A stretch of 46,453 bases of DNA from Callorhinchus milii. Taxonomy: Eukaryota. The notes beneath the pieces were generated by a model. The model was not told the origin of the DNA and ran no database searches. It saw nothing but the letters and a program-made list of their open reading frames with translations. This document shows, in pieces, positions 22,761 through 38,200 of the stretch; the stretch's first letter is position 1, and each line of letters begins with the position of its first letter. Made by a program: the position numbers and the translations under genes. The stretch covers positions 1-46,453 of the forward strand of contig NW_024705416.1 in assembly GCF_018977255.1 (NCBI RefSeq), written 5' to 3'.

Positions 22761-23216
22761 CACCGTTACTTTTGAGTGCATCTTGATTAGGTTGTACACA
22801 ATGGCATCATGGCCACATTTCAAAAATGACTCAACAAATATGTTGAACTTATTTCGCACCTTTCCTAGCCAACCGTGCGAATTGGAGGTTCGGGGGAAAA
22901 AAAGTTAAAACAATAATAAGGTAATCCTAATAACTTCCCATGCTTTTTTTGGTCTGAAAAGTCCCTCTTGCTGATTTCTAAGAGTATCTGGCAATTGTTA
23001 AAGAAGAGTATGGTTAAAGATTGTTTTTTTTTTACAAAAAAAAATCCAACGTGGTTTTTCTGTTAAACATCGTGAAGATGGTGCTCACTTCTTGATTACA
23101 GCCCTGAGCCAGTGAAGGAACTTCACAATGCCATGACAGGGGTAATCATTTTCATTGGTGACGTCTCACTAGGTGGTACTTATTTTATAAACCTCAGAGC
23201 AGGGGGCTTATTTTGC

Positions 23217-23246
23217 NNNNNNNNNNNNNNNNNNNNNNNNNNNNNN
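23217..23246. other. Assembly gap (30 N)
   Basis: Run of n characters. Confidence 0.99.
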
Positions 23247-26200
23247 ACAGGCGAATTTCGTAAATAAGTAACTCTATGTAATCTATTTGACCCTTGAACT
23301 TAAACAGACAGCTGTCGTAAAAAATATTGATCGCAGGCAGCGGGGTTTCACAGGGGACATGTAAGGTAGCTCCCATGTGCGCGCACGTAAGCTGGAGGTA
23401 TCTTAATGTCAATAGGCTACAGAAAAGACCCTTAGGGCATAGGGTGCCCCCATCCACCTCCCACTCCTGCTTGCTCGAAAGAGCAGGATCTTTCCTCACG
23501 CGGCTGCAGATGTAGTGTGGCAATAGGCTGCGACTCAAACCACGGTCCCTAAACTGTAACTTTAGAGAAGGAGAGTCTAGGTGAGATACATGAGTTCCAG
23601 GGTATATCCGTTACGGCTCCGGTGGGGCTGCGTTGGCAATTTCTACTTAACCTGTTTATTTGTGGGGCTGCACACAACGCCCGTAGATTCCGTATGTGTT
23701 ACGATCGAGGGATTCCAGGTTCTAGGGTAGTATTCGACGCCCTTACATCTAGTGCAAGAACTGGTGGGCACGCGATAAAAACGTCCGCTTCGCGTCACAT
23801 CCCAGCACGCCGGACCCATAGGGAATCCGTCACAACTCCACAGTAAGAGAGACGACATCGAAACTCTGTTACACTACGCGCAACCTCCCGTATCATGTAT
23901 GTCACCATTTTTAGATTGGCCAGTTGCTAGCCCTTGCTATACGAAACGGTGGCAAATTGATCGAAAAGCTCAATCTGACTGGTGCATGACCTCCCAGTAT
24001 TGCCTCGTTCGGTTGAGACTGTGTAAAACGATGAAGCGGTCCAGTTTGGATGGCCCATACAAAAGTCGTACGCCTCCGCGAATACGTAGGGTAGGGTTAG
24101 AAAGAATTTGTGAATAATGGCAAAACACTACGGTAAGGTATGTGTGGATTGCTATTAGCATAGGAGCAGGTCTCGGCCTACCAATGTGGTCAGGACCAAC
24201 GGTTTTACGCAATTATGATAATAGCTACGCCATTGACGACTGTACACAGAACGAACCGCCCTATCAGCGTTAGTCAGCTACCTGTTCCCGGAGGCCGTTC
24301 TTTATTCGCATATTTAGACTAGCATTTCCATAATAGGGCGGCACCGTGCAGATCCCGGACTTCCTGCGACATACTCGAGACTTTGTAGGTTGGGGATTAT
24401 GTTGAACCTCTCTTGCCGTGGGGAAAGTAAGTAGTCAATCGACGGGAATTACGCAGGTCTTTTCGCGTGAGCCTATTGAACGCGTATACAAGTTTCTTTG
24501 TGCGTCCGTAAATACCCTGGCTCGAAAATAGCTAGCTTCACACGAGAAGGAACCGCCGCTTGATCCACCTTCTTACTGTGTGGTCATTTTTCCATTCCGA
24601 TGACTGTGCCCAGATCCGGACGGGACTCCTCAACGGATCGAGAGGTCCGAAAATCGCGGTCAACAGTACCGTTATCCACCTAGTATTTAACGCCCCGAGC
24701 TCGTTTCCATCCGCTCAAAGCCTCTCACATAACTGTACACTCATTTTGATTCCATCTGGCTTCGCGTATAATCCATCTAGTAGCCAAATCTCTCACTGTT
24801 GGAATCGTTCACTAGGAAAGCTGCGGCTCTGCCTACCCGTTTCCCGTTACCACGTCGTGTGCGGCGACAGCGATAATACTATCAGTGAATCATCACGTAG
24901 ATGGTTTAAATAAACGCCAGGTGCAGTACCCACTCCACCGCGTTAGAAATATTGAAGTATTGGTCAAGGACGGTCTGATCGGGAGATACCCGCATCATCC
25001 CCTTGATGGGCCTGGTATTGTAAATACGGACTCCGTGATTCGCTACGCCCTATTGAGACTCCGCAGCCTCACATTTTTGAGTGTTGAATCAAAAAACCGA
25101 TGCCGATGTTTATGGAATAGGATGCCTCCGCAACGAGCATCTATTGAGACGCAATTTACAATGTGGGTCCGTAGACTAGCCCATCTAACGGATTCGGGCG
25201 ACGGACAGCTAGTCCATATCAGCAGCATTGCCACCAGAAGCCCTAGTTAAGACACCGAAGACTGAGCTGTAAGCCACAGGAGTCGTGATTCGCGTCCGTG
25301 CTGTAATGGCAGTCAGTCTCGTGTGAATCAAGACCAGAAGGAGTCATAAACTTTACTGACACTCACCTGCTTACGTCTTATCCTGCATATCGGAAGGCAC
25401 TCGTACGGGTCGTCTACTACCACAATTGCAACATTCGATAGCAAAAATTATAACTTAGGCTGCAAGCATCAGATTCCTGCTTAATCAGAGACCGTTCTAC
25501 TTCTTAGAACATTTCGAGGCGCGTCCACAGGGCTTAAACGGTTCAGGGGACGTAACCTAAAAATGTTCCCTCAGGGAAAGTTGTCGGTAACATGTACCCT
25601 TATGGATTGTAACCGAGAAAACTAGGTAGTCCCATTCGATTTAGGACTCAAAGAAAGATCGAGGCCTATGCGCAATAATACATCAGTCAGGTTGGAGTTA
25701 GGAGAAACTACATCAGCGATACCGTGGCACCAGAGCCCTTACACTAGGAGTTGTCCGAACTGTAATTCAAAAGCGGTTACGCGTAAAGAGATGTATATTT
25801 CGAGAAAAAATCCTTCGATCACGAGTTTCAGGGTAATGTAGTTTGTGTACCAGGATTAAGACTTGGGGTGGGTCATCCGCTGCAAGGAAATAGGCCGTCC
25901 AACTCAGTGCTGGGATACTTGTAAAGCTCGATAAGATACGTACAATGTTAGAGCGAACACCTACGCGTGATTTTCATTTAAGGAAACCCAAAAGGATGTA
26001 GTATGGCCGACAATGTCTCCATGCAACACGTAAAGTAAGTGTACATGCTATCAACCATCACAGAACATGCCACTAGTTCGTTGCCTCCAATTGTATCGGA
26101 ACGGACGCACTAGCGGGGGTCTCCTCGCTATTGGCACCCACTATTGGTGCGTCGATGTGGCTACGGGGTACGTAGGCCTTACGCGAAAGACGTCAGATGA

Positions 26201-29200
26201 TCTTTGCACGGGACCCACCTTTCGGAACTCAGCCGCCTGTTTTGCTTGACTGTCAGTGCAGGCCGATGAGTCCCGCGATATGGATGTTCGCGTGCAGCGA
26301 CCAATGTGGTCTCGGCTTTTTTCACGCTGACCGAATTTCGTCCGTTGCGAGGCGCAAAGGAGCCTGACTAAGTCGTCGTAATTGCTTAATGAGAACTTCA
26401 TCCCACTGGTGAAGAGTTTATTGTAGAAATACTAATATACTGGTCGTACGCAAGAGTTCGACGTGATATCCTGCTCGCGTACCGTTTTAGACCCTCAGGT
26501 TAAGCCGGAGCGCGATATAAGAGAGGAGGATGCCTAATATGTACTTTAGATAGTTGGGCGTAGTTGATTTGCCACACATGCATGTATCGAGTAGCTCGAT
26601 AACGCGGCCATGCGACGCCTGCTGTGACCGACACGAATAGCGTGGGTCTGACAACCATTCGGTCGTCCGTGAAACAGACCACATGCTGGGCGGCAGGAGA
26701 GACGACTAAGATACCACTCGATTGGGCAGGTTGACTCGTAGTACACCACGGCCACCGACCGAACCGTATACCGGTAGCAAGGCCTTAGTGGATGCTTCTC
26801 GAGTCGGTGTGCCCGATCAAGAAAGGCTGGACAAGTCGACATGAATCTCGTAGGCTCCTAACGACCGTTAGTCTAGATCTTGCAATATTTCTAGTAGGGT
26901 AGTGTTACCTGGACGGCGAGCCGTGCACGCGCGTCCAAACGAGTGTTCAACCTCACCTATTAAGACTAAAGCATGAGGAGAAGGTTATATGCATGAACAT
27001 CCTGGTAGTGCTACGGTAATCTCTACTGTTGGGTGGTATAGTTGAAGTGAATCTACAATGATTCACACTACTAATTTTGCAAGGTAGTACTATAAATTCA
27101 GAGTAGATGCGCAGCGCAAGTAGCATCAACTCGGGGCTTTCTGATTTTCAGGGTACCAAAACCCGGTAGCTAGTAATGCAGCACATTCATTAGCGGCTAG
27201 CGGTAATCTGAACATATACACAGCATTGCTACAAACACGATCGTGTGAAATTCAAGAGAATGGGGTCTCTACTATGGAGCGTGGAAATAATTAGGATGTA
27301 AGTGTTCTAAGTTTTCCCAGTCCCCAGAGGGCTTAAATGCTGTATTTGCCAGAACGGACCCTCGTTATGTTGTCCTGTGGCTACGGTTCAGAGAGAAAGG
27401 CACGTCCCCCTACTCATCATCGCGCAAGATACTCGTTACGGTACTACGCGCACGCTCAGTGCCGCCAACTAAGGCGATAAGGTGGATTCGGGCCAGTTGT
27501 GGTCGAAATATTACGTGCTCTTATGACGCCCGTGACATGTGAGTGACTTCTTCAGGAGTAGATCGTCATTATAAGTATATTACAACGATCCTTGTACTGG
27601 CCGTCACCAGTTACACATCTAGTGGTCTATCTTGTCAGAAATCCACACGCTTCACTGGAAAGACGTAAATCTTTCGGTATACCACGATGGTACTGGTTTT
27701 CAACGTTATGGGGAGCCTCTTAAGACGGCTTGACTATGTTGGTGGCTATTTCTCTTTAGTGTTTCTCTCTAGCGTTTCAAGCACAACGCTCATTACATAA
27801 AGCCAAATGGGACGTCGGGCACCTGGACGTCATAGTAGGAGTTACTAGTTTATTCAGTTGTGGTGTGCCACGAATTTGAGATGGCCTGCGGATGGACCGA
27901 CCTGCGACCGGGTCAGAGTATCGGTCTGCTGGCGACATGAACTCACGAATGCCGGCGGGACTTACCATATGGGCCACTCGCACTAACGGTTTACCTACGT
28001 AAGAGTTTCCGCGTAAATTTCGAGTAAAATGAAAGTGTCCATCCGCACTCTTATCGTCAGACCAGTACTCCTAGATCGGTTAATCTGCGCACTCTTGGTC
28101 CTTTCACAATTTGCTCCGCGTGTGATACCCAACACACACGAGTACACTTTTATCCTCCGCGGGATTGGAGATTTGCACCTAAGTGGGGGCAGGTAGGATC
28201 AGATCCGCGTAGTCCCCGATAAGGTGCGAGCCCGATTAAGAACCGGGAAGGAACGCTAATGAAGTAATAGGTTCAATAGAAACCCCGCTTTGATGAGTGT
28301 TAATAGTAACTAGCAATGACTGCCTTTGCACCGGCGGAACGACCACAGGTCGACGCGGGTAAAGTGAGACCCCTCCAACGAGTCGCTCTAAGTGCACCGA
28401 ATGGCAGTGATACGAATTATGTGAGGACATCTGGATAGCCCAGATTGTTAGACGATTAGTTAAGTCAGGAAATTTACCCTTCTACAGGACCGCAGCAGCT
28501 CAGGAGGTCGGCAAGCGTTATCCTCGCGAGGAGCTCACTGCCAATGTAAGTACCCTTTAAGTCACGCGTTCTATGCTCACCGTCTACTTCCCATGGAATG
28601 AGAGATTGTTTACGCTGTCGCGCGGCTAGCCGGACAACGAAAGGGCGCATGCAGAACAATGTAGCGGCTAGCAACGGTCACTCTTTATCCTGCCCGTGCG
28701 AGTGGCCTGTAAAAGCTAGTGAATTAGCGGCGCGTTTCATATCTTCCGAGACAATGCAATGTGTGTCGCTGGAAACAATAGAGAAGCACTATATCTGTAG
28801 CACGCCTGACGGTTGTCAGGGCACGAAAATTGGGGTAATCTGCCCATAGCACTCTGGTGATGAGAGAATGCGACGCGGTCGTGAAGCACTTAGTACTCGT
28901 TCATACTGGGACCGTGATGTATGCTCGTTACGCGATGGTGTCGTCAGCCCGTCGGTAGTCCTGAACAGATCTAATGACATAGCCTGGGGCCGCATTGGAA
29001 TTTCAGAATTTAGCGAGATAAGCCATGGTCTGACACGCGAACAATCCCCGAAGGCCGTCGTACCCAAGACCACACAGACTTCGGGAGATGGTGTTATTCA
29101 GCCGCATCCGCGCTAGTAACGTTGGACATGTGCCTTTTTCCTTCGTACTTAATGGTGGACCTGGACGGATTACAGGACGGTGGGCTCCCACATTTGGAAT

Positions 29201-32200
29201 TCGCAGTTAAAATGGCCTAGGCATTTGCGGGGGATTCACACGGACGGCATTTGCACCTCTGAGCGGACATAATAGCAAGTGCCTCACGTGCGCTATCGTG
29301 CCATGACGGCAGTTACGACTCGCCCCGGGCTTAGGAGGACACGATGGGAGATCGCGATCATCGTGCCCCGATTAAGCTAATTAGAGAGTGGCGGCGCTAC
29401 TGAGCCATGGGCGGACACAAGAGGGGAATCATGAGAGTTATTGTCTGGCTTGATCATCGGATTCTCGGGAGAATGTAGTGAGCCATTGTAAATGGCTCTC
29501 TTGGGATGGGCTGTGGGTTAAGCGACATGGAAAATCTGGCATCACTATCAGCAAGGAATAACGGTAAGCGACACGCTTTAGGGAGAGATGCTAGAATACT
29601 CCAGATCTCGGCTCCCATTATTTATAAGTCCTCACCAGGGGTTGCCGATGATCAACCCCCATCAGTCTTGTTCGGAAATGACCGCTGCGTAGAACTAGGT
29701 AGATAGATGCACTAAGCAATGCCATGCTCTCAACCAAACGGCTCAAGTTATTTATCAACTGGTATAGGATACCTCGGAAAAGGCATATAGAACCAGACTG
29801 CGTCAGGCGGAACACTGGGCGAGCTGGAAAAGAGCAAGAAGGGGCGCCTGAGCGTGGTAGTTGTGGGATTTACAATTATATAGTAAACAGGACTGTCCGT
29901 CCAATTAATGCTCCGTGTCCGGGGTTTTGTAAAACCAGGACATGACGACAGTGGACGCGCTCGGCACTGGGGAAACCTGAGTCAAGGAACACTTGAAGGT
30001 TGTACCGTGTCAGGTATCAAGATTAAGCAGATGTGTGCGCGAGGGGTTCGCGCTTCTACAAAGCTTTTGCATATGCGGCACTCGCCAATCTTCACCAAAG
30101 TTAGGTTAATCACTCTGTTACGCACTTACGGCCGATTCTGGCATATTTCCATTTCCCGGGTATTTAATCCACCCATTGAGGTGAGTTTTCGCCTTGATGA
30201 ACTTCGATCGTCTTGACTTACTGAGAGTAGTGAGTCGGCGACGCCGACCCTGTATGCTTACGGTGCTCCGCGAGCGTATCGAACTGGCTCCCCACGACTT
30301 CATGGGCGTGCTCGAGACGCTATGCTTCCCGTAATTCGTCTACAAATAAAAGACATGCGAGACGTGGCTTCGTGCAAACCAAAAATTGTACAGCTCGGCT
30401 TCAGAGCGAACACCTGATAATGTCCAAAGGCTGATGCGGCCTGAAGACGATACGACCTAGAAAGTGTAACCGGAAACATATGCATCTTGGTGCTCCGGAT
30501 TGCAGGTGAGGTCTCGACCGGGACTATATGCGCGACCACGACCTTTTAAAGATCTTTGAGAGCTCATGATGGCGATGTCGAATAAGGAAGATGGACCTAC
30601 AAAGTGAGCGCCAGCAATGGCGATGTAACCAGATAAATGGTGCCCAGCTACCCATGCCTATATAAAAAACCAAAAGGCTGGTGGACGTAAAGGGGGATTC
30701 ATATCCGTCCTGAGATATGCTGCGTAGCAAACTAAATCGCGTAGTTTTTATGAGAACGCGGACCAAATCACAACTCACCTATGTGAACGTTCAGTATTGG
30801 AGACGGGTAGTACGGAAAAAATGTTGACTCCTTCGCAAATAGAATTTAGCCTAAGGCTATGGACGTAGAGGCACTAGTCAAGGAGAACTTCCTCACGGTC
30901 CCGTGTCTCGCCTTTGGTAATAGATGGATCTAGGGAGAGGACATTAAATTGGCCTAGCGGGTAGGGCCGGCTAGAAGCTGAGGCTGAGAAGTCTACGGAG
31001 TAAAGACAAATACCCGCAAATGCGCGATCGGGCAGGGCTGCACACCACTTACTGGGGGGAGGTCCTCGAGTAACTCCACCCAAGATGTGGGTGGTGTCGT
31101 TTTCAGGGCTCTCCAGCGATCTCCTAACGGGGGCGTAATTGCTCGTAGATCCTTTCCGCCTAAAACCATCTGAGGTTATGTGCTCGTTAAACGTACTCTC
31201 ACATTGCCTGCATGATGACGAACCTGTGTGCACAGAGGCTGACTATTAAAGGGGATACTCGAATTCCACGGGTTTGACTAGGGCTAAGAACGTGAAGGAC
31301 CCGTTAGAAAAAAGCCGATTTTCCCGAATTGCGGCTGGGGAGGTCCATTGGGACGAGCCCGGCATCTAGTTCTTCTTTTCGTTTTAAGCTGTCACCCACA
31401 AACATACCGGCGGATCCACCGCCTAAACGTAGGAGGTGCATAAATTGAAATAGAATTCGGTTCGTGTCCCTATACCTAGGGAAGGTAAGCGTAATGCGCC
31501 GACTTTGTCGAAACCGTTTCGTCATATGCCCAAAGGATGAACTCGATGTCTGTACACATCGTGCGAAGAGCGAAGCTGGATGCGCGATGAATCCCGGCGG
31601 AACCCAAGATCTTTTCGTCGCAGTTAGCCTTCTCTAAATGTGATCACGACGGATATCTCTAGGGATTAACTAGCACTCCACCATTGCGAGCGAGGGTATG
31701 GGCGAAAACACAATCATGCTACTGTGCAAAACCCTCCGTCGGGCCATTGGACCGAGAGTGGGGAAAACAAAGAAGCAATGAGACGAAAGATGCTTGCTAG
31801 CTACAACAGTGCTGAGGAGTTGCGAGAAACCGGAGGCCATCACAGGTGTCGACGGGAGTCTTTACACATGGTAATGACGAACGACGTATAGCAACTCAGT
31901 GTAAAGCTCCGGACGAAGTAGGCTCCTTCTATTTGCATCATAAGCTGGTCTTATCGGACTGTTCTGGCTCTCCAAGCCGATGACAGGATTGAGGCTGTGG
32001 TATGAGCAATTGTAGGGTCTAACGTGACGGTCGTCCACCCTCGCCGACCACGAAAATGCTTGCTATTTTTGATGTGAACTGAAGTCGGTTGAGCGCGGCT
32101 CCACGTCCCCGCTCAGACCTGCGAGCGACCGAGCTTCCACGAGCTAGGAGTATCGGTCTGACAGGGTCGCCGAAACTGAAGTGTCTCGGACCATGTATGA

Positions 32201-35200
32201 TCTCATTCCCCCTGGCCCTCTATTTTCAAAATCTTAGTTTGAGACCAGATTACTCTCCAGAGGGTTGGACTGAGTAAATGTATCTCACCACTTAACAATA
32301 GCACCCCTTAAATACCGCACATGCAGGTGCACAGGACGCGATAGTACAACTAACTCGAATCGGCCGTAAAGTGGATTGGTGTAATCTTAGCTGAAAGGTT
32401 TCTCACCAAGAGCCTGAATTCAGTCTCCGCTGAGTTTCGCACTTAAGGCATTATTTGACTTGTAAATATACGGCTTTCTTTTTGGGTCCGACGGGTTCCT
32501 AAGTTGGGTGCGACGGATTGAGAACTATCGTGACGAACAAGACGTATCATGGGTCTTGACGCTAATAACACTACTGAGACGCCGGTGATCCCAGATTCCC
32601 AATTACCGAAGTGAAGCGCGTTATAGATGTCGCCGGTCGTCCGCTTTAACTACTAAAGAGATTTGTCCAATCCGGCGTGGGAGAAATCGTCGCTTGTCTG
32701 AGTGTATAGAGGCCGCCACGCATCACATGGGCCTGTTTATCGCCCCCTACGTGTGTTGTAGCTCGTAGGAGAAAAATCGAAGTCGAAGCGATGTCCTTTC
32801 GTATACTCTCCTTGCAGTTCTATAGACTGGCTGACATTTAGCATAGTGTATCGCTATTGTAGTGAGCCCCGGGACAGCTTTGTTGGTCGTCGACATTGGC
32901 GTGGAAATGATTACCCTACTCATCAGATCATTACCCTGGTGGGTACGCGGCTAAGGACCGCTGTCAGACTATGCCCACTTCGAAGTAATGGCTGTGCTGG
33001 TTGAGAGTCCTGCGTCCCACACGTTCACTATAGGTGCAGCGATGAAGCCCCTTTTTCAGTACGCCAGCCAAAACTCTAGTGTGAAGATCCGAATAGGTGT
33101 TAGGAACCGGAAAATGATTAGCTCCTCTTCCCTTCCAGCCTAATCCAGCATTTTCCATGAGGAAGAAGGCTCATTCCTTAGGATATATGGATGTGCGTTA
33201 CTCGAACCGTCAGTTAATACGCTACCACAACCTGTATGTAGTACCAACACCGACGAGCCCGTACTCGGAAATCCTGATAAGCGACTTACCGAAGATGTGC
33301 CCGGGTAGAGCGAGCGATTCAAGGAGTGTTATAATACGGAGATATTGTACAATACACGAATCGGGAGCTGTCATTAAGTAGCTGGGAAGAGTTAGGAGGG
33401 TAATTAACATGGGCTATAGATAGATCGGGGCCTCATCGGATACCTGATGCTAAACTAGGTGATAACATGTCTATCTGGAGTAGGGTCTTCAACTCCAAGT
33501 TCGCAGTGCCCCACAGAGACTTGATCTTACGATCAGGCTAGAGTCGCTAAGCAGTAACATGTTACCGGATGGAAGAATGATAGCACTACCATCCACGTTA
33601 AAATTTCGCAGAAAGATTAGTTGTACAATCGCGATTTTCAAATTACATACGTGGCCCCGACTATTCCTCATGTGCGATCGAGTAAAAAAATTATCCGGAT
33701 CGGACCGCGAGTCGCTAGCATTTTCTGTGATTGACGCGGCATAGACCGATCAGCGGAGCATCTCTCGTTACAAGGGCGCTCCGAGAAAAGAAAGGATCTA
33801 GCAGGGATCTCGTTCAGCAGCCCCCGAGCTTTCGGCCTGGTCGTGCCGAGCGGTCTCCCTGTAAGCCACAGAGCATTCTAGGCTAGTAAATAAAGTGCTG
33901 TCGGTTGGCACAGGGACCCCACATATCAAAACCCTGCCCCGTTTGGTGAAAGATTATTGCCCCTATTATCGTACGTCGCAACGTGATGCCTGCATGCTCT
34001 CGGACAGAGCACATGAAGAAGCGTACTTGGGTGCTCGCCGTGCGTGCTGTAAAGAGTACTTAGTAGAGGCGTGAAAGTAACCAGTCTGACGCATTGGATG
34101 AAAGGAATTCGGTCTAACAAGATGTATTGATGTCTTTGCTCTCGTCAGGAATGTTATTTTCATAGCTCGTTAACTGAAATCTAGATGCTAGACATAAGAA
34201 TCTCGGTCTTAGAAATCGAAGACGGTTAACTATACAGTAGAAGCCGTCACTGCTCTAAGGTGCCACACCGATACCTCGTAAGCTACAGGGCTTTTTTTGA
34301 GAATATGCTCATTGCGAAGATTACGAAGTACTGTACGATCCGTTAGTACGATTAAAAGCTGATACGTAAGCCCCAGATTGGCCCCCCTGTGTATGAACGC
34401 TGATAGTGGCGCGTATTCATGAATCTTTGCGTCTAATCATTCCCGAGGTTTCTGTAGCTAGGACGCCCCCTTATGTCCTCAAAAACTGAATAATCCCAGC
34501 GTCAGAATTTGTCATCTGGTGCTCCGGGATCGTACGCAAAGCCCCTTAGTATGGCTGCAAATGCAGCTTAAAAGGGTAGTTTCGGGTCAAATATAAGGTA
34601 GTCTATTAGACGATTGAGACAGATAGAATCACAAACGGCTAGTAGGGTCGTTGCAAGTGCAAGACAAGGTTAACAAGCAAACACCTTGAAACCGAACTAC
34701 CGTCTGCTATCAAGGGATTCCTCCCCGATTTGGAGTTCGTACTGTCTGTCTCGAGGAGCGCGCTTCTGCAATGACAACAAGCAGTGCTGTTTGTCCTTCG
34801 GTTACTAGTTCTGAGCGTCTTATACGACCCTATGCAGGGGTCCGAGCTAAGCTTTGTATAGATGGGTAGCCGAGCCCAACCTAAAGCGACTAACGCGCCC
34901 CTCGTAACTAAGCTTATCGTCATCCACTAGCCTGCCCATACGTGTGTCGATACTTTATTTTGGCGGACAATAATCAACCGCGAACGGAAGGCCCTCTAGT
35001 CGACCTGGACATATGGGCTTTGTGGGTTACTGGACATTGTATGTTCGCTCTTGACCGCTAGGTGTTCGGTTGGTCCTGACCTGGGGACTTAGGTGTACAC
35101 ACTGCCTCCGACGAGGCGCGTTCGGGAACCAAGCAGCGCTTGGTGTGGTTACCCGTACTAGGTTATGCGAGCAAAAGTTCCATAGGTTCGTTAAGGATGC

Positions 35201-38200
35201 TGGCGGTCCGGATGGCTGTAACAATGAACAGCACGCGCCTGTGTTTCAGAATGATTTCGAATGCCAATATATGCGTAGTTACGTTTGTGTGTGACTAATT
35301 AACTTAGTATACGCCTTCATTCTTTACACTTTCAACCTAGTGCTGACAACGTTTCAAGGTGTCGGTAGATGGATCGACCGTGGCACGACGTTCAGTTTGG
35401 CCTGTGGGTATGTACTCGTAAAATGATGCTATTCCGTCTTGATGTAAACACTATGTCCTAGCGTTAACTTGAGGTTTCCTGAGAAGAATGGGTCAACCCT
35501 AGGTCTTTACAAGAAGATTTCGATCCTCTGTCTGTCCAGTGCTTCCCCGCACGGAACAAACCATTAAGGACATTAGTAACGATAGAGTGTATTACTTTTA
35601 TAGTGTCATGCGGAAGCAAAGAGAGAGATACGGCTACCACACTTAAAATTTAGTCCGCGAAGGAATTGAGCTATCTGTATCTCACAGCACAGTCACGTGG
35701 CCTGGAGGTCGCCGTGAATGTTAAAACTGCATAATACTAGTCACTGAACTGCACTGGCGGCCCACGCCGAGGGTTCTCGGAGTAATGTACATACGTACAT
35801 GGCAGTATATGGGGCATATGCTTAAGACCTGGCCACTGCAGACGTTAGTTACCTTCTTACTACGGTCCTTAGCCCACAAATATCTTTGGCGTCATCCGAA
35901 ACACTCAACTTTAGCGGAACAGCGCCATTGTACCCTTAACCGTTGATGTAACCGGTCCATAGAATTGGGTCGTAACATGGATCTTCGATGGTACTGTTAG
36001 TCTCACAACAAAAATACACACGTTAGGCGCTCGTACCGGTCACTTCGTGAGTACAGGAGCGCTTCTCAACGTAGGCCTAGAAAATTACAACATTAACATC
36101 CATAAGGTTCCATCATGGAACCCCGCGGTCGCGCAGATTCACACCGCAACCCCCGCACTTTCTGATTTGAGGCGTGTCCATGAAAAGGCTATTAGATGTA
36201 AGTATACTCACGCATGGTGGTGGACACCTTTCTTGGCAGTGACCTGTCCAACGCAAGATTGGAGCGAATCGAACTTGTTCTCGGGGGAGATTTGACCGGG
36301 ATAGACAATCAAATTGCCCGGTTGATTCGGGGTTGAACATGGCTGAGCGGATATTTCCTGTTCTAGGATAGCACATTTGGCGGATGGGGAATCTGTGGAA
36401 ACCGCCGGCAAACCTGCCCCGCGAGCGATCGGAAAGATTCTATCCGAGACACGTGTAGAGAGTCATGCATGCGGGGAGAACATGGTTATACACCTCGCAA
36501 CCCTGACAGAGGATTCGAAAGGGGATACGCTAAGCACTTAGGAAATAGGTGCAAAAAAATACATAGTGCGGAAGGTAAAACCCAGTCAGGTGGACTAGCA
36601 AGTGTCCTACATTAACGATAGGGTTGATTCCCTACAAGACGAGAAGATTTTACCAAGACGCAGCAAATAAATGCGAGGCGGGCTCTGACTGATGCCGTTA
36701 CGCAAGTCCCTCTGCCTCAGAAACACCATGCGCTTAATTAATACTGTTCTGATCTTTCCCTAGGTCGGTAACTCCTGTTAAGCCTAACATGGCGGAAGAC
36801 GTAGTTCCCGTAGCAACCTTTTTCCAGACGTATCCGTCAAACGGAGAACAGTCTCTCCATGGGTGCCGTCGCACGGGGATAAGCATCAACATTCTCTACG
36901 GCATGCTGTGCCGCCCATCATGACAACACCGGAGCCCAAACGCTGGCAGAGCCGAAGCTGGATCCTGAGACCGTATGGCAAAACCGGCGTACTGTCGTGA
37001 AATAGCACACGACTCAGAACCCCGATGGAGACTTGTGATGACCTGGCAGTCCAGGTGCCCCATAGGATCATAAGCCCAATTATCTTATGGTACTTTAAGC
37101 AGGGTTCAGTCCGGTGAAGTCTACGTGCGGTCTTTACCAACGTGGACCCATCCGCTCAGGTCGGCTTGGTACGTAGTTCCCGCGTGGGATCCGCGGACGT
37201 AGTTCCCAGGAAGATGTGGGCATGAGGCGGACAATTGAGGGTCTACGCCACTTGCAACCCCCTTTTAGGGAACTCGGACCCCAGCGCATATGCAGGGCTT
37301 TGCGGTCACCGATGCTTTGGCTTAGTAGTTTAATCTGTAGTTTGTTCCCTCTAGCAGGATAGGAGAAAAATTCGAGCCCTCCCAGGCTCAAAGTCAGACA
37401 TATGTGTAACTGAGTGCGTAGTCCTAAGGCTACTCAGCTACGAATTGAGTGCCGTATCCGCCATACAGCGGAACGCGACAACATTGATTTGACTCAAAGG
37501 TTTCGCAAATATTAAGGCGGGGTTAAAGCGAGGCTTCATGTAAGACCCGTCAGTCAGTTGCTATCGGATACGGTAGCCATCACCTCAAATTCCCTTTCAA
37601 GTAGCTGGCGGGCGTCGTCCGTCCAAAGTTACGAAACGCAGCTCAACTTCATAACTTTAATTCTAATTGTCAGGCTCATCACTTCCAGTTGCTAGGCCAC
37701 GCGCGTGGCTGATCGTTACTATTCTCTGAGGACGAAGCGATAATCGGTTAGCTATGAGTACCACGTCGTCTAGTTTGAAGCTGCCCCTCCCTGCCCCGAA
37801 AGCCGGGTAGAAATCGATGTCCATACGCCACAATTGACTGGCCAATACCCGAAGGATGCAGTACAGCACCGTTTTCTGACGGGCTACCCCCGTGGGGGTC
37901 TCACCTCCTCGTCGGCCGGTTTTAAAATCACTCTCCTCAGAATAGTGCGACAGACAAGCTCTTCATTAGCTCATTGCCCCTCCAGTAAGATAGCGGCCTC
38001 CCTGGCGATATACTCCAGGATATAAGCAAACGTTGGAAGTGAAAGATAGTCAGGAGCTAAGCGGGGCATGTTAACTCTCACGACTATCTTGAACAGAGTC
38101 GAGCCTATCCACCCTGGGTGAAGGGCACGAGGGTTAACACGGATACTCTTTTAATTATCAATATCATTTCTACGTGGGCCTCTTTAGATACGCTTCTCTG

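Noticed and set aside
24180..26312. Repeated 12-mer accaatgtggtc
   Set aside because: About ten such 12-mer pairs are expected by chance in 19.7 kb of random sequence.
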